Source: a virus
Taxonomy: Duplodnaviria > Caudoviricetes
Length of the DNA: 24,271 nt
Reading direction: 5' to 3' (one strand)
IMG/VR virus record: IMGVR_UViG_3300020045_018888
Coordinates: 1 to 24,271 of that record
The notes under the pieces were generated by a model. The model saw only the letters and a list, made by a program, of their open reading frames with translations. It did not search any database and was not told the DNA's origin. Every line of letters starts with the position of its first letter. Position 1 is the stretch's first letter. Positions 15,158 through 23,818 of the stretch are shown here, one piece after another. A program made the translations under genes and the position numbers.

Positions 15158-15397
15158 TTAGGCAGTTGCAGCCTTTACAGCCCACATTACAGCTTCTTCA
15201 TAAGCTGTTTGTGCCAGAGCAATCAGCCTCATTTTTTCAACAACTACCGGTTCGCCCACTTTAGGTTTCATTTCTTCGCAAACATTGATAAGTTTTGCTG
15301 TTTCATTTTTAATGCAGTTAACATTGCCTGAACCTGACGGATTAAATTCCGATCTTACTCTTTGCTCTCCAATAGAGAGGTCTTTTTTTGCTTCCAT
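15158..15397 (-). CDS. Acb2/Tad1-like helical-hairpin protein, candidate anti-defence nucleotide sponge
   Basis: 79 aa with RVRSEFNPS and RLIALAQTAYEEAVMWAVKA; the latter resembles the Tad1-type C-terminal helix AxTxxEEAxMW (recalled). Confidence 0.55.
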   Translation of the reverse strand: MEAKKDLSIGEQRVRSEFNPSGSGNVNCIKNETAKLINVCEEMKPKVGEPVVVEKMRLIALAQTAYEEAVMWAVKAATA

Positions 15398-15437
15398 ATT
15401 TAAATTTTAATTGGTGACGTTATCTCGATTCCATGCC

Positions 15438-15659
15438 TCAATCCGAAAACCCAATAGCTTTAATTTTAGAAGTATGCTTCAGCGTGACATACTTCTTACC
15501 GGTTGCAGGATCCAGTTCAGGAACTGTACAAAGCTTATCAGTAAAAACATGCAGGTAAACTTTATTGAACCGGGCAAAGTTGTCATGCTGCTCGCTGTGG
15601 ATGGCCAGGCCAAACCGGTTATCTCCTATTTCGTATATAATGCCGCTGTTTTTACTCAT
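15438..15659 (-). CDS. Hypothetical protein
   Basis: 73-aa ORF starting 2 nt after the upstream stop. Confidence 0.7.
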   Translation of the reverse strand: MSKNSGIIYEIGDNRFGLAIHSEQHDNFARFNKVYLHVFTDKLCTVPELDPATGKKYVTLKHTSKIKAIGFSD

Positions 15660-15661
15660 TC

Positions 15662-16105
15662 TTATCCGTTTGTCAGTTGCTTAAAATTGTTGTCTTTAAT
15701 CCGATTGTAAAAAGTCGTATTGGTTCCCGGATCATACACGTATGGAAGAAATACCTGTATCAAATCAGCCTGCTCCAGGTTGACCATGGTTATCTGTATT
15801 TCTACCCAATCGGAAATGATTTTCCAGGCAGTGCGTTCTGCCTGCTGCAATATTTTAGTTTTTGTATCAGCATTTGGCCGTTTCACTTCAGAATACAAAA
15901 CTTTGTAGCAGGCATCTACCCTGGCCGTTAGCTGGAAGAAAACCGGTATTAAATTGACAATCATCCGGAAGGTGATAGAAATGCAGGTTTTGTTTTCATC
16001 GTATTTTTTACTGATATCGCTGGCGCCAGCATTAACCAGGTATTGCTCAATTCGGCTCATGCTGGTTGCTGCCGGAACAGTGGAGGTGTAGTTTTTTAGA
16101 TTCAT
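15662..16105 (-). CDS. Conserved phage hypothetical protein
   Basis: LKNYTS...AERTAWKIISDWV...FLPY motifs, recalled as common in phage early regions. The likely start is ATG at 16105. Confidence 0.75.
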   Translation of the reverse strand: MNLKNYTSTVPAATSMSRIEQYLVNAGASDISKKYDENKTCISITFRMIVNLIPVFFQLTARVDACYKVLYSEVKRPNADTKTKILQQAERTAWKIISDWVEIQITMVNLEQADLIQVFLPYVYDPGTNTTFYNRIKDNNFKQLTNG

Positions 16106-16112
16106 GGTGCTG

Positions 16113-16355
16113 TTATTTAATTTTTGAAACAATCAATTTTTCAATCGCTTCTTTTAAATGAGGTTTTTCTTTTTCGATTACTGGTATAAACTCACGGTGA
16201 ATATTTCCATATTTACCATACTCATGGCCCCGGTGAGCAGTACAGTACTTACCCGCAAGCTGTTCAATCAGTGAAAGATGCTTACCACATCCGAATTTTG
16301 CGCAAACAATATTTTCAGGATCGGAATGAATATCATATCGCCGTTGCGTTGTCAT
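16113..16355 (-). CDS. Hypothetical protein with a CxxxxC...CxxH Zn-finger-like motif
   Basis: CAKFGCGK...KYCTAH. Confidence 0.65.
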   Translation of the reverse strand: MTTQRRYDIHSDPENIVCAKFGCGKHLSLIEQLAGKYCTAHRGHEYGKYGNIHREFIPVIEKEKPHLKEAIEKLIVSKIK

Positions 16356-16528
16356 ACCTTAAAAAATGAGTACTCCACAGAATTTCCCTTTTGCAGCCAA
16401 TGAGCCATCAGCTCGTCAAGTCTGTAGTTATTTAGCCGGCTTGCATTATTTTCCAGTCCTTCCCATCTTTTGAATTCATCGTTCCAGTAATAACGATGGC
16501 CGGCTACCTCTTTTTTTATGATGAACAT
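16352..16528 (-). CDS. Hypothetical 58-aa protein (absent from the ORF track)
   Basis: MFIIKKEVAGHRYYWNDEFKRWEGLENNASRL...YSFFKV* fills the apparent gap exactly and has an ATGA overlap with the next gene. Confidence 0.65.
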   Translation of the reverse strand: MFIIKKEVAGHRYYWNDEFKRWEGLENNASRLNNYRLDELMAHWLQKGNSVEYSFFKV

Positions 16529-17133
16529 GATGTTTTATTTGTAAGTTCTTCAACACGATTTTTGTAATATTCCAGCTCTCGCTTAACCATCCTGGCATTG
16601 AATTTTTCATTCAGCCAATACACATAGAACTTTTTGCAAAGAGTGGATTCAAACTGAATCTTTTCCTTGTGAATAAATGGAGCCTCTTTTATGGTCCTTA
16701 AGCCGCCATTTCTGAAATACATCAGGCCGGCGTATGATGGAACCTCTTCTTTGCTGATCATCCCATCCGGAACCACATAATAAAATTTATTTGGCCTTTT
16801 GGTATATTCCTTTTCAGTAAACTCCGATATCCATCGATCTTCCCGGGAAGTAGCGTTTGAATTGTACCTGGTGGATTCATGCTGATATTTACCGGTTCCA
16901 AGAATCAGGTGTTTATTCACCTTCTTTTTATCGTTAAAGAAATCAGACCTTGATATCTTTACCTCAAACTCATAGCAATAGCCATTTTCCTTTTGAACAA
17001 AGAAATCAGACTCCCAATCTTCTTTAAAGATGTACGCATTGTTAAGCCGGTATTTTGAATTGCCGGTGTAGTTGGCATGAAGACAATCACAGATCATGGC
17101 CTCAGTACACTCTATTTTTTTATTGGCTGTCAT
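16516..17133 (-). CDS. PD-(D/E)xK nuclease-fold protein (MmcB-like)
   Basis: WESDFF...YEFEVKISRSDFFND...PNKFYYVVP...YAGL motifs. Confidence 0.75.
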   Translation of the reverse strand: MTANKKIECTEAMICDCLHANYTGNSKYRLNNAYIFKEDWESDFFVQKENGYCYEFEVKISRSDFFNDKKKVNKHLILGTGKYQHESTRYNSNATSREDRWISEFTEKEYTKRPNKFYYVVPDGMISKEEVPSYAGLMYFRNGGLRTIKEAPFIHKEKIQFESTLCKKFYVYWLNEKFNARMVKRELEYYKNRVEELTNKTSCSS

Positions 17134-17135
17134 AT

Positions 17136-17399
17136 TTACTTTTTAGGCTCCCAAAGGATGCAGTTAATATTCAGGTTCGGTGCATTTTTGTGAGCTGCGT
17201 TAAAATGAATATCCATATCCATTTCACTATTCTGGCAGCCGACTGATTCATCAAAAGTCTTATGGCCAAACTTGCAGCTCAGGCAGGTTTTAAACTTTGG
17301 GTTTTTCCAGCAGCGGCATCTCTTCTCATGCTCCTTGGCTGAGTACTTTTGCTGGTATACCTTTCCGCAATCTGTTTTAAATGCAATTATTTCTATCAT
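17136..17399 (-). CDS. Cys-rich hypothetical protein
   Basis: 87 aa, HEKRCRCWKNP..KTCLSCK; tightly packed with neighbours. Confidence 0.7.
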   Translation of the reverse strand: MIEIIAFKTDCGKVYQQKYSAKEHEKRCRCWKNPKFKTCLSCKFGHKTFDESVGCQNSEMDMDIHFNAAHKNAPNLNINCILWEPKK

Positions 17400-17401
17400 G
17401 A

Positions 17402-17836
17402 TTATTTACCTTTTAAAATTTTATCCAATTCCTGCAATACATTTTTGTAACTGAGTGCAGTAAACCTGAGAACTGTGAACCCTAATTCATGGGCGAGTTT
17501 ATATTTAGCAATATCCCGTTCAATGCCGGTAGGTGAATTGTGGCCGGCCCTTGCCATGAAAACACCTCCCTCGTATTCAATGAGCAGCTTTTCAGATTCA
17601 ATTGCATAATCGCTTTTAAACTTTCTACCTTCTGCAAACTCAAATTCCTTTTTAAGCTCCAGTTCGTTTTCCCTGCAATACAACCACAGGTTTTTATTCA
17701 GCCAACGGATGGCAACTGATTTTTTCGGATCAGTTTTTTTTGCCGTTGCGCCAGTTTTTGCATCTTCAGTTAAATGCGGATTCAAATGAGCACAAGCAGT
17801 GTTTTTTATGTCTGATATGGTGAACGATTGCCTCAT
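17402..17836 (-). CDS. Vsr/DUF559-like endonuclease (possible resolvase)
   Basis: EFEF..RKFKSDYA...IEYEGG..H...RDIAKY..A.ELGFTVLRFT pattern. Confidence 0.75.
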   Translation of the reverse strand: MRQSFTISDIKNTACAHLNPHLTEDAKTGATAKKTDPKKSVAIRWLNKNLWLYCRENELELKKEFEFAEGRKFKSDYAIESEKLLIEYEGGVFMARAGHNSPTGIERDIAKYKLAHELGFTVLRFTALSYKNVLQELDKILKGK

Positions 17837-17838
17837 AA

Positions 17839-18480
17839 TTAAAATGGAAGTTCATCCCCAGATTGATATTGATAAGGTTTTGTTTCTGGGTGTTTTATTC
17901 GCTTTTCAAACATCCTTTTTATCGGATAGGCATTTTTACCTTTTTTAATGAAGTGGATTAAATTATATAGGTAGTTTCTCGGGTACCACCAATAACACCG
18001 CCAATCATTGCCGGTTTCTTTATACCAGCGTTTCATGTATCCTTTTTCATAAAGCAGGAACAAAACAAGCAGCGCAAATTGCCCGTGTTTCGATCTGTGG
18101 TGATCAATATAACCGTTGATAATTGACAGGCTCATTTGATCCGGCTTCTTATAAACCCTTTCTTTGGGCTGATGAAAAATGTACTTTCCGAACTGTATCC
18201 TACTAAGAATATTCCAGTGGGGTTGTTTATACCATCCACCAAAACAATGATAACAGTCATCATAATCGTAACCTTGTCCATGGCGCCCATATTTATAATG
18301 CTCACCTGTTCCACCACAGGAATTACATTTCTTTCCTTCAATAAACTGCACATCATAACCGATCAGGCTACCATATTTTGTAAGCAAACGGTTTTTAATT
18401 CTATAGAAGTAGTCATTTTTGCCCTCACGGTTTGCATGATGAACTAACCAGGATAGAATAATAATTTTAAGCTTTTTCAT
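17839..18480 (-). CDS. Hypothetical protein with a DnaJ-type Zn finger and an acidic LPF tail
   Basis: CNSCGGTG...CYHCFGG; ends SGDELPF. Confidence 0.75.
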   Translation of the reverse strand: MKKLKIIILSWLVHHANREGKNDYFYRIKNRLLTKYGSLIGYDVQFIEGKKCNSCGGTGEHYKYGRHGQGYDYDDCYHCFGGWYKQPHWNILSRIQFGKYIFHQPKERVYKKPDQMSLSIINGYIDHHRSKHGQFALLVLFLLYEKGYMKRWYKETGNDWRCYWWYPRNYLYNLIHFIKKGKNAYPIKRMFEKRIKHPETKPYQYQSGDELPF

Positions 18481-18489
18481 ATTGATTTT

Positions 18490-20037
18490 TTAAAATGGTA
18501 AATCGTCTGATTTTTCTACAATTACCTGAGCCGTTGATTTCCATGATCCGGCGCCAAGCTCTTTTTTTATTTCTTCGAAGGAATCAATATCACTGAATTT
18601 CTGAATGGCCAGGTTTGCATGTAGTTTAATATTCGCTAAGCTGCCGTTCCGGTGTTTCGCAATTCTTAAATGCGTTTCACCTTTGTTACTTTCACCCATT
18701 TCATTTGCAGTTACATCATAATATTCAGGACGGTACAGGAACATCACCATATCCGCATCCTGTTCTATTGCGCCTGATTCCCGTAAATCAGAAAGTTGCG
18801 GCATCTTGCCATCACCTTTCCGCTGCTCTGGCTGCCTGCTAAGCTGACTAAGGGCAATGATCGGCACTTGCAGCTCTTTGGCCAGTGCTTTTAAATCCCT
18901 CGAAATTTTGCTTATTTCCTGCTCTCTGTTGCCGTTTTTTGTTCCGTTACCTCCGCTCATCAGTTGCAGATAGTCAATGACGATCATTCCGAGGTTGTGG
19001 CGGGTTTTTAACTGCCGGCATTTTGCACGTAATTCGTAACCGGTAAGCGCCGGCGTATCATCAATGAAAACAGGAAGATCTGCCAGTATCTCCATTCCTT
19101 TTTTGTACAACTCCTTCATCTGGTAGTCTTCCAGTTTACCATTACTGATTCTATCCAGCCATATCTGAGATTCACAACTTAGCATCCTGTTCAGTAATTG
19201 CCCGACGCTCATTTCAAGTGAGAAGAAAATAACAGATTCAGGCTTTGCTGTAGCATCATGCTTTTTTTCCTGTAGGTAATTATTCCTGAAATATTTTGCT
19301 GCATTGATAACCAGGTTTCCTGCAAAGGCTGTTTTTCCTACCGATGGCCGGGCAGCCAGTATGATCAAGTCTGTAGGTTGCCATCCATGTGTGATGATAT
19401 CAACCGAATTAAATCCGGATGGTATACCTGTCAGGTCATTATCCAGTTGGCGAAGCATTTCAATTCGGTTGATACTTTTCACCAGCTCCGGCGCAATGGC
19501 AACAAATGTTTTTTGGTTGTTGCCTGAAATAAGCGTCGAAAGCTTTTCGTCAGATTCATCCAACAAATCAAATACATCTATCGAATCATCATAACCATCG
19601 TTCACCATCTCACTACCAATCCGGATAATCTCCCGTTGAAGGAACTTTTCCGAAATGATTCTGGCATGGGTAGTGATGTTTGCAGATGATACAACCGAAT
19701 CAGTCAGCTTTGTAATCGCATAAGGTCCTCCGACAATTTCCAGATGTTCGTTTTTAAGTAACTGCTCAGTCAGTGTCAGGTAATCGATCGGCATATTTTT
19801 ACCAACCAACATTTGCATAGCTGTGTAAATATGCTGGTTTGCTTCGCTGTAAAAAGTTTCCGGCTTCAGAATGGACGATACAAGATCAAAGGCATTTTTT
19901 TCAACCAGAATGGCGCCCAATATGGCAGACTCCAGGTCTTTATCCTGTGGAGGAACTTTGCCGTAAACCAGTGTTCCGGTTTCTATTTTTGGCCGGCGCT
20001 TGTCAACTCTGCCTTTATTTAAATTTTTAACGTCCAT
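18490..20037 (-). CDS. dnaB: Replicative DNA helicase DnaB
   Basis: GKVPPQ..LE.AILGA N-terminus, Walker A AARPSVGKT, FSLEMS, VIDYLQLM, LSQLSR, DLRESGAIEQDAD, IAKHRNG. Confidence 0.97.
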   Translation of the reverse strand: MDVKNLNKGRVDKRRPKIETGTLVYGKVPPQDKDLESAILGAILVEKNAFDLVSSILKPETFYSEANQHIYTAMQMLVGKNMPIDYLTLTEQLLKNEHLEIVGGPYAITKLTDSVVSSANITTHARIISEKFLQREIIRIGSEMVNDGYDDSIDVFDLLDESDEKLSTLISGNNQKTFVAIAPELVKSINRIEMLRQLDNDLTGIPSGFNSVDIITHGWQPTDLIILAARPSVGKTAFAGNLVINAAKYFRNNYLQEKKHDATAKPESVIFFSLEMSVGQLLNRMLSCESQIWLDRISNGKLEDYQMKELYKKGMEILADLPVFIDDTPALTGYELRAKCRQLKTRHNLGMIVIDYLQLMSGGNGTKNGNREQEISKISRDLKALAKELQVPIIALSQLSRQPEQRKGDGKMPQLSDLRESGAIEQDADMVMFLYRPEYYDVTANEMGESNKGETHLRIAKHRNGSLANIKLHANLAIQKFSDIDSFEEIKKELGAGSWKSTAQVIVEKSDDLPF

Positions 20038-20924
20038 CAGTTTTTCGTATTTCGGTATTTACCTTCCATGATTTTTAAATAATTCGTATCGTTCTCAAAA
20101 ATCCAATCCCAGTCTACCTTCCAATCAACCTCCTTACCTTGCAGGTAATTACTTTGGTTTATTTCAGTCAAAATTTTAATAAAATCAAACGTTGATTCCT
20201 TGGCCCTGGTTTTAAATTTATTAATCCTGCCGGCTGATATTGCTTCGACCTGAGAAAGTCCATATTTTCGAACAGAAAGATTCCACAGGTCCATGTACGG
20301 CTCAATGAATTGGGGTTTATTCTGAGTGATAAATTCAGCTACCTTCGCTTTTTTTGGAGGCAATTCAATATCATCCTTCATCGTTTCAACGATTTTCAGG
20401 TAATCGGCCTTTAACTCCGAGCCTGATGAATCATGTTCAGGTCGAATGTTTGGAGTTTTCATTTTTTTCTGTTTTCCCCCAGACCCCCTTTCTTCTTGTT
20501 CCTTTTCCATTTCTTCTTCTTGTTCCTTTTCCTCTTCTTTTTCCTCAAGGGTATGAATACCCTTTGCATACCCTTTAAATACTCTATCTAATAAATTGTA
20601 TTTTTTAAGTAATTGGATATATTTAAGATGAGGTTTGCACTTTTCAGTTAATTCGCCATACTGGAAGTCTACAAAACCAGTGATAAATATTTTATCACGG
20701 CCGTATTTTTCAAGCCTTACCTTGTCAGTATTTACGCAGGCGATAAAATCATCAATGTCAATTTCTTGCCCCAGGTAAAAAACAATAGCATCCATATCAA
20801 TATTCCACATTCCAACAGCATCGCAATCATCACAAAGGAAACTCCAGGTGCACTTATAAACAGAACTTAATTTTCGATACCATGCCTCCCGGCTTATTGA
20901 GGTATCTCTGAATCTTTTTGCCAT
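20037..20924 (-). CDS. Putative phage replication initiator
   Basis: Directly coupled to dnaB; N-terminal domain, Glu/Lys linker and C-terminal WKVDWDWIF..NYLKIMEGKY motif typical of phage replisome organisers. Confidence 0.8.
   Translation of the reverse strand: MAKRFRDTSISREAWYRKLSSVYKCTWSFLCDDCDAVGMWNIDMDAIVFYLGQEIDIDDFIACVNTDKVRLEKYGRDKIFITGFVDFQYGELTEKCKPHLKYIQLLKKYNLLDRVFKGYAKGIHTLEEKEEEKEQEEEMEKEQEERGSGGKQKKMKTPNIRPEHDSSGSELKADYLKIVETMKDDIELPPKKAKVAEFITQNKPQFIEPYMDLWNLSVRKYGLSQVEAISAGRINKFKTRAKESTFDFIKILTEINQSNYLQGKEVDWKVDWDWIFENDTNYLKIMEGKYRNTKN
20490..20587. other. Candidate replication origin inside the initiator gene
   Basis: ATACCCTTT at 20557 and 20568, ATACTCTAT at 20579 (11-bp period), an inverted copy AAGGGTAT at 20547, next to a pyrimidine tract with a 19-bp direct repeat (20490-20508, 20514-20532). 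Confidence 0.6.
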
Positions 20925-20936
20925 AAAATAGGATAT

Positions 20937-21395
20937 TTAAAAGGGTAACTCTACAGATTTTAGATGGTCCGTTTTTTCAATAAGTTTGAGTAGGTCAGAT
21001 AAATGAACTTCATTCACACGCACAGATATAGATATCTCCCCATCGTTAATATATAATTTATACAAGACCCTTTCCCTGTAAATACCAGGCTTTGTTACCA
21101 CTTCTAAACATTGGTAATCCTGTTCATAAGACACCTTGCTGATATATACTACCAACTCATTTTTTAACTTAAAAAATTCGACTACTGAATGGCAATGTTT
21201 GCAAAGCGTTTCCAGGTTATCATTATCGCAATCCCATGGTTCTTTTCCACGCAAATAAGACTTATGGTGGATGTGTAGTGTAGTTTCCTTATCCCCGCAA
21301 AGAACGCAGGAGAATTTATCCCGGTTGAGTATCTCTAACCGTTTCTTTTGCCACAAAGGATGTTGCAGCTTTTCTGAATAGGTTTGTGTAGCCAT
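20937..21395 (-). CDS. HNH endonuclease domain protein
   Basis: WQKKRLEILNRDKFSCVLCG...LHIHHKSY...NLETLCKHCH; ends VELPF. Confidence 0.85.
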   Translation of the reverse strand: MATQTYSEKLQHPLWQKKRLEILNRDKFSCVLCGDKETTLHIHHKSYLRGKEPWDCDNDNLETLCKHCHSVVEFFKLKNELVVYISKVSYEQDYQCLEVVTKPGIYRERVLYKLYINDGEISISVRVNEVHLSDLLKLIEKTDHLKSVELPF

Positions 21396-21456
21396 AAAAT
21401 GTTAGGTTATAATGAAATCAAAAAAAAGTAATTCAAAAAGGTATCGGTATTAAAAT

Positions 21457-21717
21457 CTATTGTGCCAGCCAGTTAATTTGCGCCTGGCTTTTCTGCTTTG
21501 GAAAAACAAGATCCTTTACAAGACCCTCTGACTTAAAAAATATTGTCCTGTTATGTGAGTTCCGTTGATCCTTTAACCAAACCTCCTTTGCAGCCAGCAT
21601 ATTCTTTACCCGCTTTCGGAGCTCGTTAATTTCAACCTTCAGTTCCTGGTTTTCAAACGCAAGGCGTTCACTTATTTTTTCAAGGTCTTCTGAAATGTGA
21701 TGTGGATTTTCCATATA
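21457..21717 (-). CDS. Hypothetical coiled-coil protein
   Basis: The likely start is MENPHH, just after the upstream stop (start coordinate approximate). Confidence 0.6.
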   Translation of the reverse strand, partial: YMENPHHISEDLEKISERLAFENQELKVEINELRKRVKNMLAAKEVWLKDQRNSHNRTIFFKSEGLVKDLVFPKQKSQAQINWLAQ

Positions 21718-21718
21718 A

Positions 21719-21943
21719 TTATTTTTCAGGTGAATGATCAAAATAAATAACCTTGTGCCTGTCTTTCCACTCATCTGCTTTGCCCTTCCATCTATTCTTT
21801 ATACCGGCAGCTGTTGAGCCAAATACCTTGTCAAAGTGATTTACTGACTCAGATAAACCAACCAATAGAAAAGCAGCTTCTTCCAGTTCCTTTCGCAGCT
21901 CTGCCTCTGTTTCTGCTTTAATATGGATTTTAAATTTTTGCAT
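21719..21943 (-). CDS. Hypothetical protein
   Basis: 74-aa ORF, tightly packed with neighbours. Confidence 0.65.
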   Translation of the reverse strand: MQKFKIHIKAETEAELRKELEEAAFLLVGLSESVNHFDKVFGSTAAGIKNRWKGKADEWKDRHKVIYFDHSPEK

Positions 21944-21944
21944 G

Positions 21945-22208
21945 TTAATCTTTTAAGTTTTCAAGGAAACGCAGTGCATTGACAATTACATTGACGGCAT
22001 CTTCTTTGATATTTTCATGCTGAACTTTTATTGCTTCAACAGATGATCTTTTATGATATTTTAATTCAATGGAAGATTTGCTCAATTGACCAGCTGCACA
22101 ACTAACCAGGGCTGATTTTGCAACAATAGTATCCGGCCATCTCGGATTTAGTTTTTTATCCTTTTGTGCTTCCTTTTCGATGGCCTGCCAGATTTCTTGC
22201 TTTTCCAT
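21945..22208 (-). CDS. Small helical protein, possibly degenerate MazG-like
   Basis: P.WP.....A.V...AG.L and E.AV.....A.RFL pattern, but without the acidic EExxE residues. Confidence 0.45.
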   Translation of the reverse strand: MEKQEIWQAIEKEAQKDKKLNPRWPDTIVAKSALVSCAAGQLSKSSIELKYHKRSSVEAIKVQHENIKEDAVNVIVNALRFLENLKD

Positions 22209-22217
22209 TATTATGTT

Positions 22218-23465
22218 TTAGTCGGTAAAAAGAGTTTTCCAAATTGTTCCATCATTATAAATTTTATCAACTTGCACCTCTCCTCCAATCTCATCTCCTG
22301 TCCATTTGTTGGGAAATTGTTTCAGCTCAATAAGTTCACGGATCCTGGCTTCTTCCTGTGGGTTGATAATATCCAAAAAGGGCATTTTCAGTTCAGCTGC
22401 TCCATTGTTTACCCGGGCCTGAATGTCAAGGATCATTTCAAGCGCTTCCAAACGAATACTTAATTTAATTGGGCCTACCCGTTGAGGATTGGCAGAAAGA
22501 TTGCCATCTTTATTTATTTCACCGTTCATCCTATGCCGATTTTGGATCAGTCGTAGCCATTGGTAAATAGGTCGCAGTTCTTTTAATGGTGATAAGTATT
22601 TCCACTTTGGCATTTTAATGATGGCATCTAAAGCAGTATCTTTTTTTGCAAGAGGGCAACCAATACATCCTGTCCTTGCATTTATCTCTTCTGCTTCATC
22701 ACCGCCGTAAGCATCTGCAATAATCTTAGTATCCCATCCACCATATTGCTCGATTGGCGCCCAATGTTTTAACCACTCCCATACATGGCATACACGCCAA
22801 TGAAGAATTGGGGCAAGCGTGTCTGATATTTCTTCAGGCATCGATGTTTGGTACCAACCCTGTCCACATTCGGCGCCATCTTTACTACAACTCATAGCAA
22901 TTCTACCATCCCTTATTGCGCTCTCTCCCTGCCTTACACCGGTTAGCATTAATATTTTATTCATTGGATTATCCAACCTTGTGAATACCTCACAACTCCT
23001 TCCAATATTTAATCCCCAATAAGCACCATACAAAGCGTCCTGCATAGGTTTTATCTTTATTTGCTGTGTACACCATCGAAGAGTTTTATTATTTGGAGGT
23101 GGCACGCCCCGGCCGAGCATGTATACCATAAATCGTTTGTCCATTTCGGCCATTACAATTTCAACATGATATCCCTTTTCCTTTAGTTCATCAATGATTG
23201 AGTAAGCTGCTATAGAAAGTGGCGTTAGCTCCAGTCTGGTATCTGCATAAAAAATGCTGATGGTTTTTGGTCTTGGTACCATACCGTTTTCCAGAAGGTA
23301 AACATAGATTGTTAGCAATGTAGTTGAATCCTTTCCTCCGCTCCAAGCAATGGCAACATGATCATAATTTTCACAATAAGCTGATATGCTCTGAATCGTT
23401 AATTCAATTGATTCATTCATTTGTAATCGCTTACTGGAAAACATATTTATCTGCTCAACTTTCAT
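22218..23465 (-). CDS. PAPS-reductase family / DndC-like PP-loop protein
   Basis: AWSGGKDS PP-loop, YADTRLE, GRGVPPP, RWCT..IKIKP, GVRQGES..RD, RTGCIGCP. The likely start is ATG at 23465 (TAATG overlap). Confidence 0.88.
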   Translation of the reverse strand: MKVEQINMFSSKRLQMNESIELTIQSISAYCENYDHVAIAWSGGKDSTTLLTIYVYLLENGMVPRPKTISIFYADTRLELTPLSIAAYSIIDELKEKGYHVEIVMAEMDKRFMVYMLGRGVPPPNNKTLRWCTQQIKIKPMQDALYGAYWGLNIGRSCEVFTRLDNPMNKILMLTGVRQGESAIRDGRIAMSCSKDGAECGQGWYQTSMPEEISDTLAPILHWRVCHVWEWLKHWAPIEQYGGWDTKIIADAYGGDEAEEINARTGCIGCPLAKKDTALDAIIKMPKWKYLSPLKELRPIYQWLRLIQNRHRMNGEINKDGNLSANPQRVGPIKLSIRLEALEMILDIQARVNNGAAELKMPFLDIINPQEEARIRELIELKQFPNKWTGDEIGGEVQVDKIYNDGTIWKTLFTD

Positions 23466-23818
23466 TATGCGGGTATTTTTACAATTTGATAACAACGCTT
23501 CTCTAATAGCACCTCACAACTACGCCAGGCAGATAAATACTGCTCAAAGGATTCTGCATCTTTATCTTCTTCAGCCTGCTCGTCATACACATACCAAATA
23601 TTATATCTTTCCTCCGTGCTCTTTGTAGCATTATCCGGTATGGCATCAATTTTTTCAAACGAATGAAACGTGAAGGTGTGGAAGGGAGCAATAATTTTTT
23701 CAGCATCGAGCCATGTTACCTCGCAGTAAAATGAAAACTGCTTACCGTTAGATATTTTTACAAAGTCTCCCAACTGTAATTCAATACCTTTTCTGTCGAA
23801 TAATTTTAATATAAACAC
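23465..23818 (-). CDS. Hypothetical protein
   Basis: Probable GTG start at 23818 overlapping the methyltransferase TAG; DRKGIELQLGDFV resembles a YopX-type motif. Confidence 0.65.
   Translation of the reverse strand: MFILKLFDRKGIELQLGDFVKISNGKQFSFYCEVTWLDAEKIIAPFHTFTFHSFEKIDAIPDNATKSTEERYNIWYVYDEQAEEDKDAESFEQYLSAWRSCEVLLEKRCYQIVKIPA

Noticed and set aside
19240-19300. Extra ~15-aa segment in DnaB after Walker A as a possible intein remnant
   Set aside because: It is too short and lacks intein terminal residues (Cys/Ser start, His-Asn end). It is most likely a surface loop insertion.
1271-23506. Many plus-strand ORFs in the track (e.g. 2536-3339, 4000-4389, 5740-5934, 19304-19594)
   Set aside because: They are antisense shadows of well-supported minus-strand genes and carry no recognisable motifs.
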